DNA of 64,000 bases, taken from NCBI GenBank assembly GCA_963727485.1, contig CAVSGM010000001.1:32001-96000 (forward strand). Direction: 5' to 3'. Origin of the DNA: an uncultured delta proteobacterium. GTDB lineage: Bacteria > Myxococcota > Myxococcia > SLRQ01. Positions 35,137 through 46,528 of the stretch are shown here, piece after piece; positions within the stretch are counted from its first letter, which is position 1, and every line of letters starts with the position of its first letter. The notes below the pieces were generated by a model. The model saw only the letters and a program-made list of their open reading frames with translations, was not told where the DNA came from and did not search any database. Position numbers and translations under genes: made by a program.

Positions 35137-37377
35137 ATGAGCTACCTCGTCCTCGCCCGGAAGTACCGTCCGCAGACCTTCGCGGACCTGGCGGGACAGG
35201 ACCACGTCGTCCAGACGCTGGTGAACGCCATCGCCAGCGGGCGGGTGGCCCACGCCTTCCTCTTCACCGGGGCGCGCGGGGTGGGGAAGACCACCGCCGC
35301 CCGGGTCCTGGCCAAGGCGCTCAACTGCGAGACCGGGCCCACCGCCACCCCCTGCGGCACCTGCCGGGCCTGCACCGAGATCACCGCCGGCCAGTCGGTG
35401 GACGTCCTGGAGATCGACGGCGCCTCCAACAACGGCGTCGACCAGGTCCGCGACCTGCGCGACGGCGCCCGCTACCTCCCCAGCCGCGACCGGTTCAAGA
35501 TCTACATCATCGACGAGGTGCACATGCTCTCCGGGGCGGCGTTCAACGCGCTGCTCAAGACCCTGGAGGAGCCGCCGCCCCACGTGAAGTTCATCTTCGC
35601 CACCACCGAGCCCCACAAGATCCCGGTCACCATCCTCTCGCGGACCCAGCGCTTCGACTTCCGGCGCATCCCCCTCCAGACCATCGTGACCCAGCTCACC
35701 GGGATCCTGAAGGCCGAGGGCATCGGGCTCTCCGAGCGGGCGGTGGCCCTGGTGGCCCGGCAGGCCGAGGGGTCCATGCGCGACGCCCTCTCGCTCCTCG
35801 ACCAGGTCATCAGCGCCGGGGGCGAGCGCATCGACGACGAGACCGCCGAGGAGATCCTCGGGGTCATCGACCGCACGGTGGTGGCCCGGCTGGGGGCGGC
35901 GCTGGTCGACGGCGACGCCGCCGAGGCGCTCTCGGTGGTGGCCCGGGTCTTCGACCGGGGCCTCGACCTGGGCCGGCTCGCCGAGGACCTCGCCTGGCAC
36001 CTGCGAAACCTCATGGTGGTCCAGGTCGGCGGCCGGGCCCTCGAGGTCCTCGACGTCGCCGACCACGAGCGCGGCGAGCTCGAGGCCCAGGCCGGGCGGG
36101 CGTCGGCGGCGACCCTCTCCTACCTCTTCGACGTGGTCCACGGGGCCATCCCCGAGGTGAGCCGGGCGGTGCAGCCGCGCCTCGCCCTGGAGGTGGCCCT
36201 GCTCAAGGCCATCCACCTGGCCCCCGGCGCCGACGTCGCCGAGCTGCTGGCCCGGGTCGAGGCGCTGGCCTCGGGCGGGCCGCTGCCCGGGACCGGGTCC
36301 GGTGGGCGCGGCCGGCCGTCCCGGGCGCCCGCGCGCCGCGCCGCGCCCCCGGCGCCGGCGGCGACCCGGCCCGCGGCCGCGGCGGCCCCGCCGGCGGCGA
36401 CCCCGGCCGCCCAGCCGTCCCGCCGCCCAGCCCCCGCCGCCCGTCCCGCCGCCCCGTCCCCCGCCGCCCCGTCCCCCGCCGCCCCGTCCCCCGCCGCCCC
36501 GTCCCCCGCCGCCCCGTCCCCCGCCGCCCCGTCCCCCGCCGCCCCGTCCCCCGCCGCCCCCCGGTCGCCCCGGGCCGGTCCCGGGGACGTGTTCGCCAGC
36601 TTCGCCGCCCGGATGATGGACGGCGCCCCGTCCGACGCCTCCGAGGCGCCCGCCGACGGGCCCCCGGGCCCGGAGCCCCCGCCCCCGATGGCGGAGCGCG
36701 ACACCGGCTCGTCCCCGGCCACCGGCCCCGAGGCCGCCGGGCCCCGGGCCGAGGCGAAGGCGACCCCAGGGCCCGCGCCGGCGAAGGCCGCTCCCGCCCC
36801 GCCCGCCGCGCCCAAGCCCGCGGCCGCCAGGCCCGCCGCGCCCAAGGCGCCCGCCCCGGCGAAGGCCAAGGCCGGCGCCGGCGCCTCCAAGGCCGGCGGC
36901 CCCGCCCGCCCCGGCGAGGCGCGGACCGAGGTCCCAAGGCTCCCCGCCGGCGACGACCCGGCGGCCAATCTCGCCACCCGCTTCGCGGCCCTGGTCACCG
37001 CCATCTACGAGCACGCGGTGCGCCCCTTCATCGCCGCGGCCCTCGAGCACGGCCGGCCCCTGGAGATCGCGGACGACCACCTCACCGTGGCCCTGCCTCC
37101 GGGCCTCTACCACGACGGCCTCGGGTCCGCGGCCAACCGCCGGGTCCTCGAGTCCCTGGTCAGCGACCACTTCGGCCGGGAGCTGGCCGTGCGCCTCGAG
37201 CGCACCGACACCGCCAAGCTCGACGGGGCCCCCGAGGCCATCGCCACCGTGAAGGAGCAGGCCCTGGCCGCCGAGGTCGAGCGCCTCCGCGCCGAGGCCC
37301 TGGAGAATCCGAGCGTGCGGCTCGCCCTCGAGGCCCTCGACGGCGAGATCGAGGACATCCGAATCCTGGGAGCATGA
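35137..37377 (+). CDS. dnaX: DNA polymerase III subunit gamma/tau
   Basis: MSYLVLARKYRPQTF, GVGKTT, EIDGASN, IIDEVHML, FNALLKTLEEPP; long Ala/Pro linker. Confidence 0.97.
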   Translation: MSYLVLARKYRPQTFADLAGQDHVVQTLVNAIASGRVAHAFLFTGARGVGKTTAARVLAKALNCETGPTATPCGTCRACTEITAGQSVDVLEIDGASNNGVDQVRDLRDGARYLPSRDRFKIYIIDEVHMLSGAAFNALLKTLEEPPPHVKFIFATTEPHKIPVTILSRTQRFDFRRIPLQTIVTQLTGILKAEGIGLSERAVALVARQAEGSMRDALSLLDQVISAGGERIDDETAEEILGVIDRTVVARLGAALVDGDAAEALSVVARVFDRGLDLGRLAEDLAWHLRNLMVVQVGGRALEVLDVADHERGELEAQAGRASAATLSYLFDVVHGAIPEVSRAVQPRLALEVALLKAIHLAPGADVAELLARVEALASGGPLPGTGSGGRGRPSRAPARRAAPPAPAATRPAAAAAPPAATPAAQPSRRPAPAARPAAPSPAAPSPAAPSPAAPSPAAPSPAAPSPAAPSPAAPRSPRAGPGDVFASFAARMMDGAPSDASEAPADGPPGPEPPPPMAERDTGSSPATGPEAAGPRAEAKATPGPAPAKAAPAPPAAPKPAAARPAAPKAPAPAKAKAGAGASKAGGPARPGEARTEVPRLPAGDDPAANLATRFAALVTAIYEHAVRPFIAAALEHGRPLEIADDHLTVALPPGLYHDGLGSAANRRVLESLVSDHFGRELAVRLERTDTAKLDGAPEAIATVKEQALAAEVERLRAEALENPSVRLALEALDGEIEDIRILGA
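36448..36552 (+). repeat. 15-bp tandem repeat x7 (GCCGCCCCGTCCCCC, AAPSP) in the dnaX linker
   Basis: Counted directly. Confidence 0.93.
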
Positions 37378-37378
37378 C

Positions 37379-37711
37379 ATGGCCAAGCCTGGCAGCATCG
37401 GAAGCAACTTCGGGAACATCCTCCGCCAAGCCCAGAAGATGCAGGGGCAGATCGCCAAGCTCCAGGAGGCGCACGGCGAGAAGACCTTCGAGGGCGTCGC
37501 CGGCGCCGGGATGGTCACGGCGACGGTGACCGGCAAGAACGAGGTCGTCCGCATCGACGTCGATCGCGAGAAGGCCGACGTCTCCGACCTCGACCTCCTC
37601 CTCGACCTGGTCGCCGCCGCGGTGAACGACGGGGTGCGCCGGGCCCACGACGAGCTCGAGGCCAAGACCCAGGAGCTCACCGGGGGCATCTCCATCCCCG
37701 GCCTCGTCTGA
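37379..37711 (+). CDS. ybaB: YbaB/EbfC nucleoid-associated protein
   Basis: QAQKMQ, GAGMVT, DLVAAAVND; dnaX-ybaB-recR synteny. Confidence 0.92.
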   Translation: MAKPGSIGSNFGNILRQAQKMQGQIAKLQEAHGEKTFEGVAGAGMVTATVTGKNEVVRIDVDREKADVSDLDLLLDLVAAAVNDGVRRAHDELEAKTQELTGGISIPGLV

Positions 37712-37712
37712 C

Positions 37713-38308
37713 GTGGCCGTCGCCCCCCCATCGCCCGGCTCATCGCCCTCCTGGGCCAGCTCCCGGGGATCGGCGAGAAGACCGCCCAGCGGCTCGCCTT
37801 CCACATCCTCCGGGCCCCGCCCGAGTTCGCCGCCGAGCTCGCCGAGGCGGTGGGCGCGGTGAGCCACAAGGTCCGCCTCTGCTCGGTGTGCATGAACCTC
37901 ACCGAGCAGGACCCCTGCGCCCTCTGCCAGGACCCGAAGCGCGATCCGGCGCTGGTGTGCGTGGTGGAGTCGGTCCCGGATCTGCTCGCCATCGACCGCA
38001 CCGGCGAGTACCGGGGCCGCTACCACGTCCTCCACGGCTGCCTCTCGCCCCTCGACGGCGTCGGCCCCGACGACCTGAAGGTCAAGGAGCTCCTCGCCCG
38101 CCTCGGCGACGGCACGGTGCGCGAGGTGATCGTCGCCACCAACCCCGACGTCGAGGGTGAGGCCACCGCCCTCTACCTCCAGAAGCTCATCGGCCCGCTG
38201 GGGGTCACCGTGAGCCGCATCGCCCAGGGCGTGCCCATGGGCGGCGACATCGAGTACGCCGACCAGGTGACCCTGGGCCGGGCGATCGCCGGACGGCGCC
38301 CACTGTGA
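37713..38308 (+). CDS. recR: Recombination mediator RecR, frameshift in a C-run near 37725
   Basis: LPGIGEKTAQRLAF, CSVC..CALC, YHVLHG, EVIVATNPDVEGEATA. Confidence 0.95.
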
Positions 38309-38516
38309 CCGCCCGGATCGCCGTCAGCCCCGCGGGGTGGGTGCGAGCGGACCCCACAGGGTCCCGGGGCCGGCCGCGAAAACGCAGTCTGGGCGGTCGC
38401 TTGCTCGCACCTGCCTTTCCTGCTAACACCGCTTAAGTCTCGGTTGGATTACCGTCCGCCGTCCGATGGCGGGCGGTGGCCGGTCGGACAGGCCAAGCGA
38501 TAGAGGTGCCCGCGCA

Positions 38517-38996
38517 ATGCACCCCCAGATGGTCATTTATGAGGAGGAGTTCCAGCAGGTCTCCGCCGTCTGTGATCGGCTCACCCGTGAGGCGAACGCC
38601 AAGTGTGTGTTCGTCATCGACAAGAACGGGCAGCTGATCTCGGCGTCGGGGGAGACCGATCACCTGGATACCACCTCCCTGGCCTCCCTCACGGCCGGGA
38701 ACATCGCCGCCACCGGCGGCCTGGCGAAGCTCCTCGGAGAGAAGGAGTTCTCGATCCTCTTCCACGAGGGGGAGCGGGACAACCTCCACATCTCCATCGT
38801 CGGCGGTCGGGTGATCCTGGTGGTCATCTTCGACCAGCGCAGCTCCCTGGGGCTGGTGCGGCTGCGGGTGAAGAAGGCCTCCGACGAGCTGGGGCGGATC
38901 TTCGAGTCCCTGGCCCAGAAGGCCGCGCAGCCTGCAGGCAACTCGGCCTTCGCCGAGATCACCGACGACGATATCGACAACCTCTTCAGCGACTGA
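38517..38996 (+). CDS. mglB: Roadblock/LC7 GTPase-activating protein MglB
   Basis: [54 protein letters not shown]. Confidence 0.96.
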   Translation: MHPQMVIYEEEFQQVSAVCDRLTREANAKCVFVIDKNGQLISASGETDHLDTTSLASLTAGNIAATGGLAKLLGEKEFSILFHEGERDNLHISIVGGRVILVVIFDQRSSLGLVRLRVKKASDELGRIFESLAQKAAQPAGNSAFAEITDDDIDNLFSD

Positions 38997-39016
38997 CTGA
39001 AGGCCGGCCACCGACC

Positions 39017-39604
39017 ATGTCGTTCATCAACTACTCGTCCCGCGAGATCAACTGCAAGATCGTCTACTACGGCCCCGGCCTGTGTGGGAAGACGACGAAT
39101 CTGCAGTACGTCTACGCCAAGACCAACCCGGACGCCAAGGGCAAGATGATCTCCCTGGCGACCGAGACCGAGCGGACGCTCTTCTTCGACTTCCTGCCCC
39201 TCTCGCTCGGCGAGATCCGCGGGTTCAAGACGCGCTTCCACCTCTATACGGTCCCCGGCCAGGTCTTCTACGACGCCTCCCGCAAGCTCATCCTCAAGGG
39301 GGTCGACGGCGTGGTGTTCGTGGCCGACTCCCAGGTGGAGCGGATGGAGGCCAACCTGGAGTCCATGGAGAACCTCCGGGTCAACCTCTCCGAGCACGGC
39401 TACGACCTCGACCGGATCCCCTTCGTGATCCAATACAACAAGCGCGACCTCCCGAACGCGGCCCAGACCGAGGAGCTGCGTCGGCTGCTCAACCCCAGAC
39501 AGGTACCCGACTACGAAGCGGTGGCTCCCACCGGCGTCGGCGTCTTCGACACCCTGAAGGCCGTGGCCAAGCTCGTCCTCCAGGAGTTGAAGAAGGGGGG
39601 CTAG
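39017..39604 (+). CDS. mglA: Small Ras-like GTPase MglA (195 aa)
   Basis: [45 protein letters not shown]. Confidence 0.98.
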   Translation: MSFINYSSREINCKIVYYGPGLCGKTTNLQYVYAKTNPDAKGKMISLATETERTLFFDFLPLSLGEIRGFKTRFHLYTVPGQVFYDASRKLILKGVDGVVFVADSQVERMEANLESMENLRVNLSEHGYDLDRIPFVIQYNKRDLPNAAQTEELRRLLNPRQVPDYEAVAPTGVGVFDTLKAVAKLVLQELKKGG

Positions 39605-39665
39605 GTCTGGAACCTGCCCGCCCCAGGGGAATCGGTCGCGCGAGGTCCGTGTTGGGGGAAGCCAC

Positions 39666-40560
39666 ATGAAGCGGCGAATTGCCCTCTGGGCGTGGATGAT
39701 GCTCGTCGCGGTCTCCGCGCCCGGTGCTGCTCGCGCCGACGGCGGAGGTGCCGGGACGGCGGCCTCGGGGAGCAGCACCCCGACCGCTCCGGCGACCAAC
39801 CCGACGCAGCCCCCTGCGGCGGCGCCTCCCGCGGGCCCGGCCGCCGGTGCCGCTGCCAGCCCGGCCGCCGCCAGCCCGGCCACCAGCGCCACCGCCGGGC
39901 AGCCGGCGGCGGCCCCGGGCAAGATGCCCGAGGACCAGTTCCAGCTGAAGGTGAAGGACCTCGAGGAGAAGGTCACCGACCTCAAGGAGAAGATCTACCC
40001 GGACCAAGGCCCGGCTGCTCCTCCTCCAGGAGACCGTCATCGGCGGCGGCGACCTCTCCAGCGCCAAGGCGGTGCTGGTCCACGAGAACAAGATGGGCGC
40101 CTCCTTCGTGCTCCAGTCGGTGGCCTACGCCCTCGACGGCGCGCCGATCTTCACCCGGGTGAACACCGACGGCAGCCTCGACAAGCAGGCGAAGATCGAG
40201 GTGTTCAACGGCCGGATCGTCCCCGGGAACCACCAGCTCACGGTGCAGATGAAGTTCCGGGGCAACGGCTTCGGGGTCTTCAGCTACCTCAACGGCTACA
40301 AGTTCAACCTCCAGAGCTCGTACACCTTCAACGCCGAGGGTGGGAAGGTGACCACCGTCAAGGCCGTGGCCTTCGAGAAGGGCGGGTTCACCACCGACAT
40401 CAAGGACCGGCCGGCGATCCGCTTCGAGGAGCAGGTCAACCGGGAGCAGGTCCACCACGGCGAGCCCGCGGCCCAGGGGCCGGCCCCCGGCGCCCCCGGC
40501 GCCGCCCCGGCGCCCTCGGTCGCCAAGACGCCCGCGGCGGCGGGCGGGGGCGGTCGATGA
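39666..40560 (+). CDS. Exported protein (signal peptide, coiled coil, beta-sandwich), frameshift near 39999
   Basis: KVKDLEEKVTDLKEKIY continues as RTKARLLLLQETV...HENKMGASF in the 40072..40560 frame. Confidence 0.75.
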
Positions 40561-42908
40561 GCCCCGCCCGGGCCGCGCGCTCCGCTGCGGCCGCGCTGGC
40601 GCTGGCTTTGCTGGTCGCGGGCCCGCTGCCCGCCCGGGCCGACGACGCCCTGACGCCGCCCCAGTCCCTGGCCTCGATGCGCGAGCAGGTCAAGGCGCTG
40701 CAGAAGCGCCTCGACTTCGTGGTCGACCAGTACAGCCGCGAGATCATCCCCTCGGACGTCAGCGAGGCCCAGCGCCGGTTCTCCGAGGCCGAGATCCAGT
40801 TCCTCCTCCAGGACTACGGCGCCGCGGCCGTCTTCCTCTACGACGTGGTCGACAACCCATCGTTCAAGCAGTCCCGTCGCTACGAGGACGCCCTCTACTA
40901 CCTGGGCGAGAGCCTCTACCAGCAGCAGAGCTACCTCCCGGCGCGGCGCTACTTCGCCAAGCTCCTCGACCGGGGCGGCGGCCGCTACACCCAGGACGCG
41001 CTGCTCCGGCTCATCCAGATCAGCAACAAGCTCGACGACTTCACCGGCGTCGACGGCTACCTGCGCCGGCTCTCGGCGACCGGGGCGAGGCTGCGCCCCG
41101 AGGTCCTCTACACCTACGGCAAGTTCCTCTTCCGCCGCACCGACCTCCCGGAGAAGCTGCGCCGCCAGCGCGCCCTCCAGTACTTCGACGCGGTGCCCGC
41201 CAAGTCCGCCTTCTCCAGCGCCGCCCGGTACTTCATCGGGGTCCTGTGGGTGGAGCAGAACGACATGGCCAGCGCCCTCAAGGCCTTCCACCAGGTGGTG
41301 GCCCTGCCGGTGCGCACCCCCCACGACCGGGAGATCAACGAGCTGGGGTGGATGGCGATCGGCCGCATCTACTACCACCAGGACAAGTTCGACGCGGCCC
41401 TCGACGCCTACCAGCACGTCGATTGCAAGAGCGACCAGTTCTACGAGTCGCTGTACGAGATCGCCTGGACCTACGTGAAGAAGGGCGACTACGAGAACGC
41501 CCAGCGCGCCTGCGAGATCCTCCTGGTGGGCGCCGCCGACTCGCCCCTGGCACCCCAGGCCAAGATCCTGATGGGGCACCTCTACGCCAAGAACAAGAAG
41601 TTCGACAAGGCGGTCTCCACCTACAACGAGGTGATCAACACCTACGCGCCGGTGCGGGACGAGATCGACGCCCTGCTCGCCCTCCACGACGACCCGGTGC
41701 GCTACTTCAACGAGCTCATCGCCCGGCAGGGCAAGGCCTTCGACGTCCAGAGCATCCTCCCGCCGGTGGCGGTGAAGTGGGCCTCCACCGAGAGCGACGT
41801 GAAGAAGGCCCTGGCCATCGTCTCCGGGGTCGAGGACGGGAAGCAGGGGGTCAAGGAGGGCGAGGCCATCGCCGACCGGATCCTCGCCAGCCTCGATGCC
41901 GGCACCCTCGAGCCCTTCCCCACCCTCGCCGAGGGGCACCGCCGGGGCGAGGAGATTGAGAACGCCCTGCTCCAGGTGCAGACCGGGCTCGCCAACCTCG
42001 AGACCTCCCTGGTCGGTGACCGCGCCTCCCCGGACCTCAAGGCCAAGCTCACCGCGGCGCGCCAGCGACGGGCCGCCCTCCAGAAGCGCTTCGACGCCCT
42101 GCCCACCAGCAAGGCGTCGCTGGCGAGGCGCACCGAGCGGATGGAGGACGAGGTCGAGAGCCTCGCCAAGCGGGCCTACCGCCTCCAGATCGCCAGCGAC
42201 TCCCTCAACGCCCAGCTGGTGGCCATGGGCAAGTACATCCACGACACCGCGGCCACCGGCAACCGCACCGCCCGGGCCACCGATGCCCTGCTCCAGCGCC
42301 TCCAGCGCGAGCGCTCGGTGATCGACGACCTCCACGCCGAGTCCCTGGCCCTGCAGCAGAGGATCACCGAGCTCCAGGACGCGGTGCGCAGCGGCACCGT
42401 GGGCGTCGGCGGGGTGGAGCTGCGCCGGCAGTACGAGGCGGCCCTCGAGACCGAGCGCAAGATCGCCGCCGAGGTCCGGGCCCAGCTCGGGGGCGCCGAC
42501 GCCAGCACCCTCAACGGCATCGACCAGCTCCGCGACCGGGTGGGCACGATGCTGGCCCGGGACCAGCAGGTCCTCGACACCATCCAGACCCGGGCGAAGC
42601 GCCGCCGGGCCGCGATCCGCCAGGAGGTGATGCTCGACCGCCAGCGCCTCGCGGACTACGGCGGCCGGGTCGACGGGGTGATGGGCGACACCAAGAACCT
42701 GGTGGGCCGCATCGCCCTGGGCTCCTTCAAGCGGGTGCAGCAGCAGTTCTACCACCTCATCCTCAAGGCCGACGTGGGCATCATCGACGTCGCCTGGGAC
42801 CGCAAGACCGACAAGTCCAAGCAGATCCAGAAGCTGGCCCAGGAGAAGGACCACCAGCTCCGGCTGCTCGATCAGGACTTCGCCGAGGTCCTCAAGGAGG
42901 ACAAGTGA
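40557..42908 (+). CDS. Periplasmic TPR plus coiled-coil protein (GltC-like position in the cluster)
   Basis: Signal peptide ending PARA; TPRs (ALYYLGESLY, SLYEIAWTY); C-terminal KADVGIIDVAW. Confidence 0.8.
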   Translation: MSPARAARSAAAALALALLVAGPLPARADDALTPPQSLASMREQVKALQKRLDFVVDQYSREIIPSDVSEAQRRFSEAEIQFLLQDYGAAAVFLYDVVDNPSFKQSRRYEDALYYLGESLYQQQSYLPARRYFAKLLDRGGGRYTQDALLRLIQISNKLDDFTGVDGYLRRLSATGARLRPEVLYTYGKFLFRRTDLPEKLRRQRALQYFDAVPAKSAFSSAARYFIGVLWVEQNDMASALKAFHQVVALPVRTPHDREINELGWMAIGRIYYHQDKFDAALDAYQHVDCKSDQFYESLYEIAWTYVKKGDYENAQRACEILLVGAADSPLAPQAKILMGHLYAKNKKFDKAVSTYNEVINTYAPVRDEIDALLALHDDPVRYFNELIARQGKAFDVQSILPPVAVKWASTESDVKKALAIVSGVEDGKQGVKEGEAIADRILASLDAGTLEPFPTLAEGHRRGEEIENALLQVQTGLANLETSLVGDRASPDLKAKLTAARQRRAALQKRFDALPTSKASLARRTERMEDEVESLAKRAYRLQIASDSLNAQLVAMGKYIHDTAATGNRTARATDALLQRLQRERSVIDDLHAESLALQQRITELQDAVRSGTVGVGGVELRRQYEAALETERKIAAEVRAQLGGADASTLNGIDQLRDRVGTMLARDQQVLDTIQTRAKRRRAAIRQEVMLDRQRLADYGGRVDGVMGDTKNLVGRIALGSFKRVQQQFYHLILKADVGIIDVAWDRKTDKSKQIQKLAQEKDHQLRLLDQDFAEVLKEDK

Positions 42909-45900
42909 GGCGCCCGGCCCTCGGCGGCCTCGTGGCCCTCTGTCTCGCCGCGGTGGCGGCGCCGGCGTCCGCGGCCCCCGGGGCCAAGGGCAAGCCGGCC
43001 AAGCCGGGCAAGGTCGCCACCGGGCCCGCCCCCGGGGCCCCGGGCAAGGGCCGCTCGGCGGTGGTCCCCAAGCCCGGGGGGGGCAATCAGAAGCCCAAGA
43101 CGCCCGCCGAGCTGAAGGCCGAGGCCGCCAAGAAGGCCGCCGCCGAGATGGCGCGCCTGCCCCCCGAGCTCCGGGACGTGATGCGGGAGGTGAACAGCTT
43201 CGAGAAGCAGGCCGCCGAGTACCGCCAGGAGGTCCAGCTCCTCGTCGAGCGCAAGTACAAGCGCAAGCGGGCGTCGCTGGCGGCGAGCTACGAGAAGGCC
43301 ATCGAGAACCTCGAGGTCCTCGAGCGCAAGGACCGCCTCGACGCCATCGCCCAGTTCGAGGAGTTCCTCTCCCGCTATCCCCACGAGGCCGACTACACCC
43401 CGGCGGCGATGATGCGCCTCGCCGAGCTCTACTACGAGAAGACCGAGGACGAGTACCAGATCGCCGAGAAGGCCTACTACAAGAAGCTCGACAGCCTCCC
43501 CGCCGACCAGCGCAGCAAGGTCGCGCCGCTTCCGCCCAAGCGCTACGAGAAGCCGATCGCCCTCTACCAGAAGGTGATCACCGAGTTTCCCCGGTACCAG
43601 TATGTCGACGGGGCCTACTACCTCCTCGGCTACCTCCTGGGGGAGCAGGACGAGCACGACGCCGAGCTCGCCACCTTCCACACCCTGGTCACCAAGTTCC
43701 CCAAGAGCAAGTTCGTCCCCGAGGTGTGGCTGCGCATCGGCGAGTTCTACTTCGACGCCGACCAGAGCGTGTACCCGGGCGCCCTGCAGAAGGCGATCGC
43801 CGCCTACAAGAAGGTGCTGCCCTACAAGCACCACCCGCTCTACGACAAGGTCCTCTACAAGCTGGGGTGGACCTACTACCGCGTCAACGACTTCCAGGAC
43901 GCGGTGAACACCTTCAGCGACCTGCTGGCCTTCTACCAGGCCAAGGCCAAGAAGGAGGGCGAGAAGAAGGTCGGCGGCGATCTGCGGGCCGAGGCGATCC
44001 AATACACCGCCATCTCCTTCGCCGACGACAAGTGGGGGAGCTTCGAGAAGGCCAAGCAGTTCTTCGCCGACCGGGGCCACCCGCCCTACGAGCTGGTGGT
44101 GATGCGCCGCCTCGGCGACGTCTACTACGACCTCACCAAGACCGACGCCGCGGTGAGCACCTACCGCTACGTGCTCTCGCGCTATCCCGACAGCGACGAC
44201 GCCCCGGCGATCCAGAAGAAGATCGTCGCCGCCTACACCCGGAACCGCGAGTTCCAGAAGGCCTTCGCCGCCCAGGAGGTGCTGGTCAAGAACTACTCGG
44301 TGGGCACCCCCTGGTACAGGAAGCACCAGAACGACCCCAAGGTCGTGGCCCAGGCGCGCAAGCTCACCGAGGACAGCCTCCGGGCCAGCGCCGTGTTCCA
44401 CCACAAGCAGGCCCAGGAGTACCGGCAGGAGGGCAAGGTCGAGCTCGCCTTCTCCGAGTACAAGCTCGCGGCCTCCGCCTACGGGCAGTATCTCAAGCTC
44501 TACCCGGACGCCAAGGACCGCTACGACTTCGAGTACTACTACGCCGACACCCTCTACAACTCGGCGCAGTTCCAGGCGGCGGCGAAGTACTTCGGGCTGG
44601 TGCGCGACTCCAACGTCGACAACACCTACCTCGAGGACTCGGCCCTCGGCGCGGTGCTCTCCTGGGACAAGGAGATCCAGGGTGAGGAGGCGGCGGGCAA
44701 GCTCACCAAGCGTCCGGTCGTCACCTCCAAGAACTGGCCGGCGGACAAGAAGGTCGTCGCCGAGAAGATCCCAAAGGTGGAGCTGTCCTACGTGGCCGCC
44801 GCCGACGCCTACGTCAAGCGCCTGCCCCACGGCGATCGGGCGCCCAACGTCGCCTACAAGGCCGGCGAGGTGTTCTACGTCTACGGTCACCACGCCGAGG
44901 CGCGCAAGCGCTTCGAGCAGGTGGTGGAGCGCTGGCCCAAGGCCGAGGCGGCCCAGTACGCCGCCAACCTCATCATCGAGACCTACCTCATCGCCAAGAA
45001 CTGGAAGGCGGTGGAGGAGACCAGCGCCAAGCTGCTGTCCAGCGCCGCCATCAAGAACGCCGGCGGCCAGGTGGCGGCGACCTTCAACCAGTTCAAGCTC
45101 GGCGGGCGGTTCAAGCGGGCCCAGCAGCTCTTCGACGCCGGCAGCTACGAGAAGGCGGCGGCGCTCTACCTCAAGCTGGTCAAGGAGGCGCCCCACTACA
45201 AGTACGCGGACAAGGCCGTGTACAACGCCGCCGTCTGCTACGAGAAGGTCCTGCGCTTCGAGAGCGCCCTGAAGCTCTACCAGAAGGTCTACCAGGACTA
45301 CCCCAAGAGCGCGCTGGCGGATCAGGCGCTCTTCCTGGTGGCCTACAACGCCGAGCGGGCCTTCGACTACGACAAGGCGGTGGAGCGCTACCTCTACCTG
45401 GTCCAGGACTACCCCCAGTCCCAGCAGCGCCAGGGTGCCCTCCAGAACGCCGCCATCCTCCTCTATCTCACCCAGCACTACGCCCGGGCAGCCAAGCAGT
45501 TCGAGCGCTACGCCCGGATGTACCCCAAGGCCGACCAGACCCCGCGGCTGCTCCTCCTCGCCGCCGAGAGCCGGGAGAAGCAGGGGGACCCCCGGGGCGC
45601 CATCCAGGCCTACCAGGAGTTCATCCGTCGCTACCGCCACGAGACGGCGAGCGCCTCCAAGGTGGTGGACGCGGAGCTGAAGACCGCCAAGGCCTACGAG
45701 AGCCTCCACGAGTCCCGGCGGGCCCAGGCGGCCTACCACGCCACGGTCAAGCTCTTCGACGCGCTCCAGCCCAAGCTCAAGGGGGACGACAAGGCGCTGG
45801 CGGCGGCCAGTGACCACGCGGCCGAGGCCCAGTTCATGATCGCCGAGGCGGCGTTCAAGACCTACGACGCCATCAAGATCGTCGCCCACGGCCGGGGCAA

Positions 45901-46528
45901 GCGCTTCCAGCGCAGCCTCAAGCACGTCATCGACGTCAAGAAGACCGAGGCCAAGAAGGTCAGCGATCTCTACAAGCAGATCTACCAGTACGGGCGCCTG
46001 GAGTGGACGCTGGCCGCCGCCTATCGCCTCGGCTACGTCCTCGACCGCTTCGCCAACGCGCTGCTCGAGGCCCCGGTGCCCCACGAGCTCAAGCGGCTGG
46101 GCGACGAGTACGTCTACGCCTACCAGGACCAGCTCTCGCAGATCGCCTTCCCCATCCAGGATCAGGCGGTGAAGGCCTACGCGGTGGCGGCGAAGAAGGC
46201 CAAGGAGGCGGGCATCGTCAACAAGTGGACGAAGCTCACCCTCGAGAGCCTCAACCGCTACGCCCCCGACAAGTGGCCCATCCTCAAGGAGGCCCGGGAC
46301 AAGCTGGTGGCCGCGCCCCTCTCCCCGAGGCCCCTGGCGCCGACGCCGGCGGGGATCCCCAGGGCCAAGCCCCAGGGCACCCGGCTCGGAGGCGGTCCCG
46401 GTGGCGCGGCCGGTGCGGTGGCGCCCCAGGCCCCGGCCCCGGCCGGCGGCACCGCAGCCACGACCGCTAAGCAGAAGGCGCCCGCCGCCGATGGGGGAGG
46501 CCAGCGCCTCGGAGCCAATGACAAGTAA
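42905..46528 (+). CDS. Large periplasmic TPR protein, GltD/AgmU-like
   Basis: 1207 aa, signal peptide, many YfiO-type TPRs (FPRYQYVDGAYYLLGY, KFPKSKFVPEVWLRIGEFYF), C-terminal NKWT..TLESLN. Confidence 0.82.
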   Translation: MRRPALGGLVALCLAAVAAPASAAPGAKGKPAKPGKVATGPAPGAPGKGRSAVVPKPGGGNQKPKTPAELKAEAAKKAAAEMARLPPELRDVMREVNSFEKQAAEYRQEVQLLVERKYKRKRASLAASYEKAIENLEVLERKDRLDAIAQFEEFLSRYPHEADYTPAAMMRLAELYYEKTEDEYQIAEKAYYKKLDSLPADQRSKVAPLPPKRYEKPIALYQKVITEFPRYQYVDGAYYLLGYLLGEQDEHDAELATFHTLVTKFPKSKFVPEVWLRIGEFYFDADQSVYPGALQKAIAAYKKVLPYKHHPLYDKVLYKLGWTYYRVNDFQDAVNTFSDLLAFYQAKAKKEGEKKVGGDLRAEAIQYTAISFADDKWGSFEKAKQFFADRGHPPYELVVMRRLGDVYYDLTKTDAAVSTYRYVLSRYPDSDDAPAIQKKIVAAYTRNREFQKAFAAQEVLVKNYSVGTPWYRKHQNDPKVVAQARKLTEDSLRASAVFHHKQAQEYRQEGKVELAFSEYKLAASAYGQYLKLYPDAKDRYDFEYYYADTLYNSAQFQAAAKYFGLVRDSNVDNTYLEDSALGAVLSWDKEIQGEEAAGKLTKRPVVTSKNWPADKKVVAEKIPKVELSYVAAADAYVKRLPHGDRAPNVAYKAGEVFYVYGHHAEARKRFEQVVERWPKAEAAQYAANLIIETYLIAKNWKAVEETSAKLLSSAAIKNAGGQVAATFNQFKLGGRFKRAQQLFDAGSYEKAAALYLKLVKEAPHYKYADKAVYNAAVCYEKVLRFESALKLYQKVYQDYPKSALADQALFLVAYNAERAFDYDKAVERYLYLVQDYPQSQQRQGALQNAAILLYLTQHYARAAKQFERYARMYPKADQTPRLLLLAAESREKQGDPRGAIQAYQEFIRRYRHETASASKVVDAELKTAKAYESLHESRRAQAAYHATVKLFDALQPKLKGDDKALAAASDHAAEAQFMIAEAAFKTYDAIKIVAHGRGKRFQRSLKHVIDVKKTEAKKVSDLYKQIYQYGRLEWTLAAAYRLGYVLDRFANALLEAPVPHELKRLGDEYVYAYQDQLSQIAFPIQDQAVKAYAVAAKKAKEAGIVNKWTKLTLESLNRYAPDKWPILKEARDKLVAAPLSPRPLAPTPAGIPRAKPQGTRLGGGPGGAAGAVAPQAPAPAGGTAATTAKQKAPAADGGGQRLGANDK

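Noticed and set aside
35137..37377. Programmed dnaX frameshift site
   Set aside because: No A-AAA-AAG or poly-A slippery run seen.
39666..42908. 1080-aa single ORF in the track
   Set aside because: Two genes joined by a frameshift at about 39999; the second has its own ATG (40557) and signal peptide.
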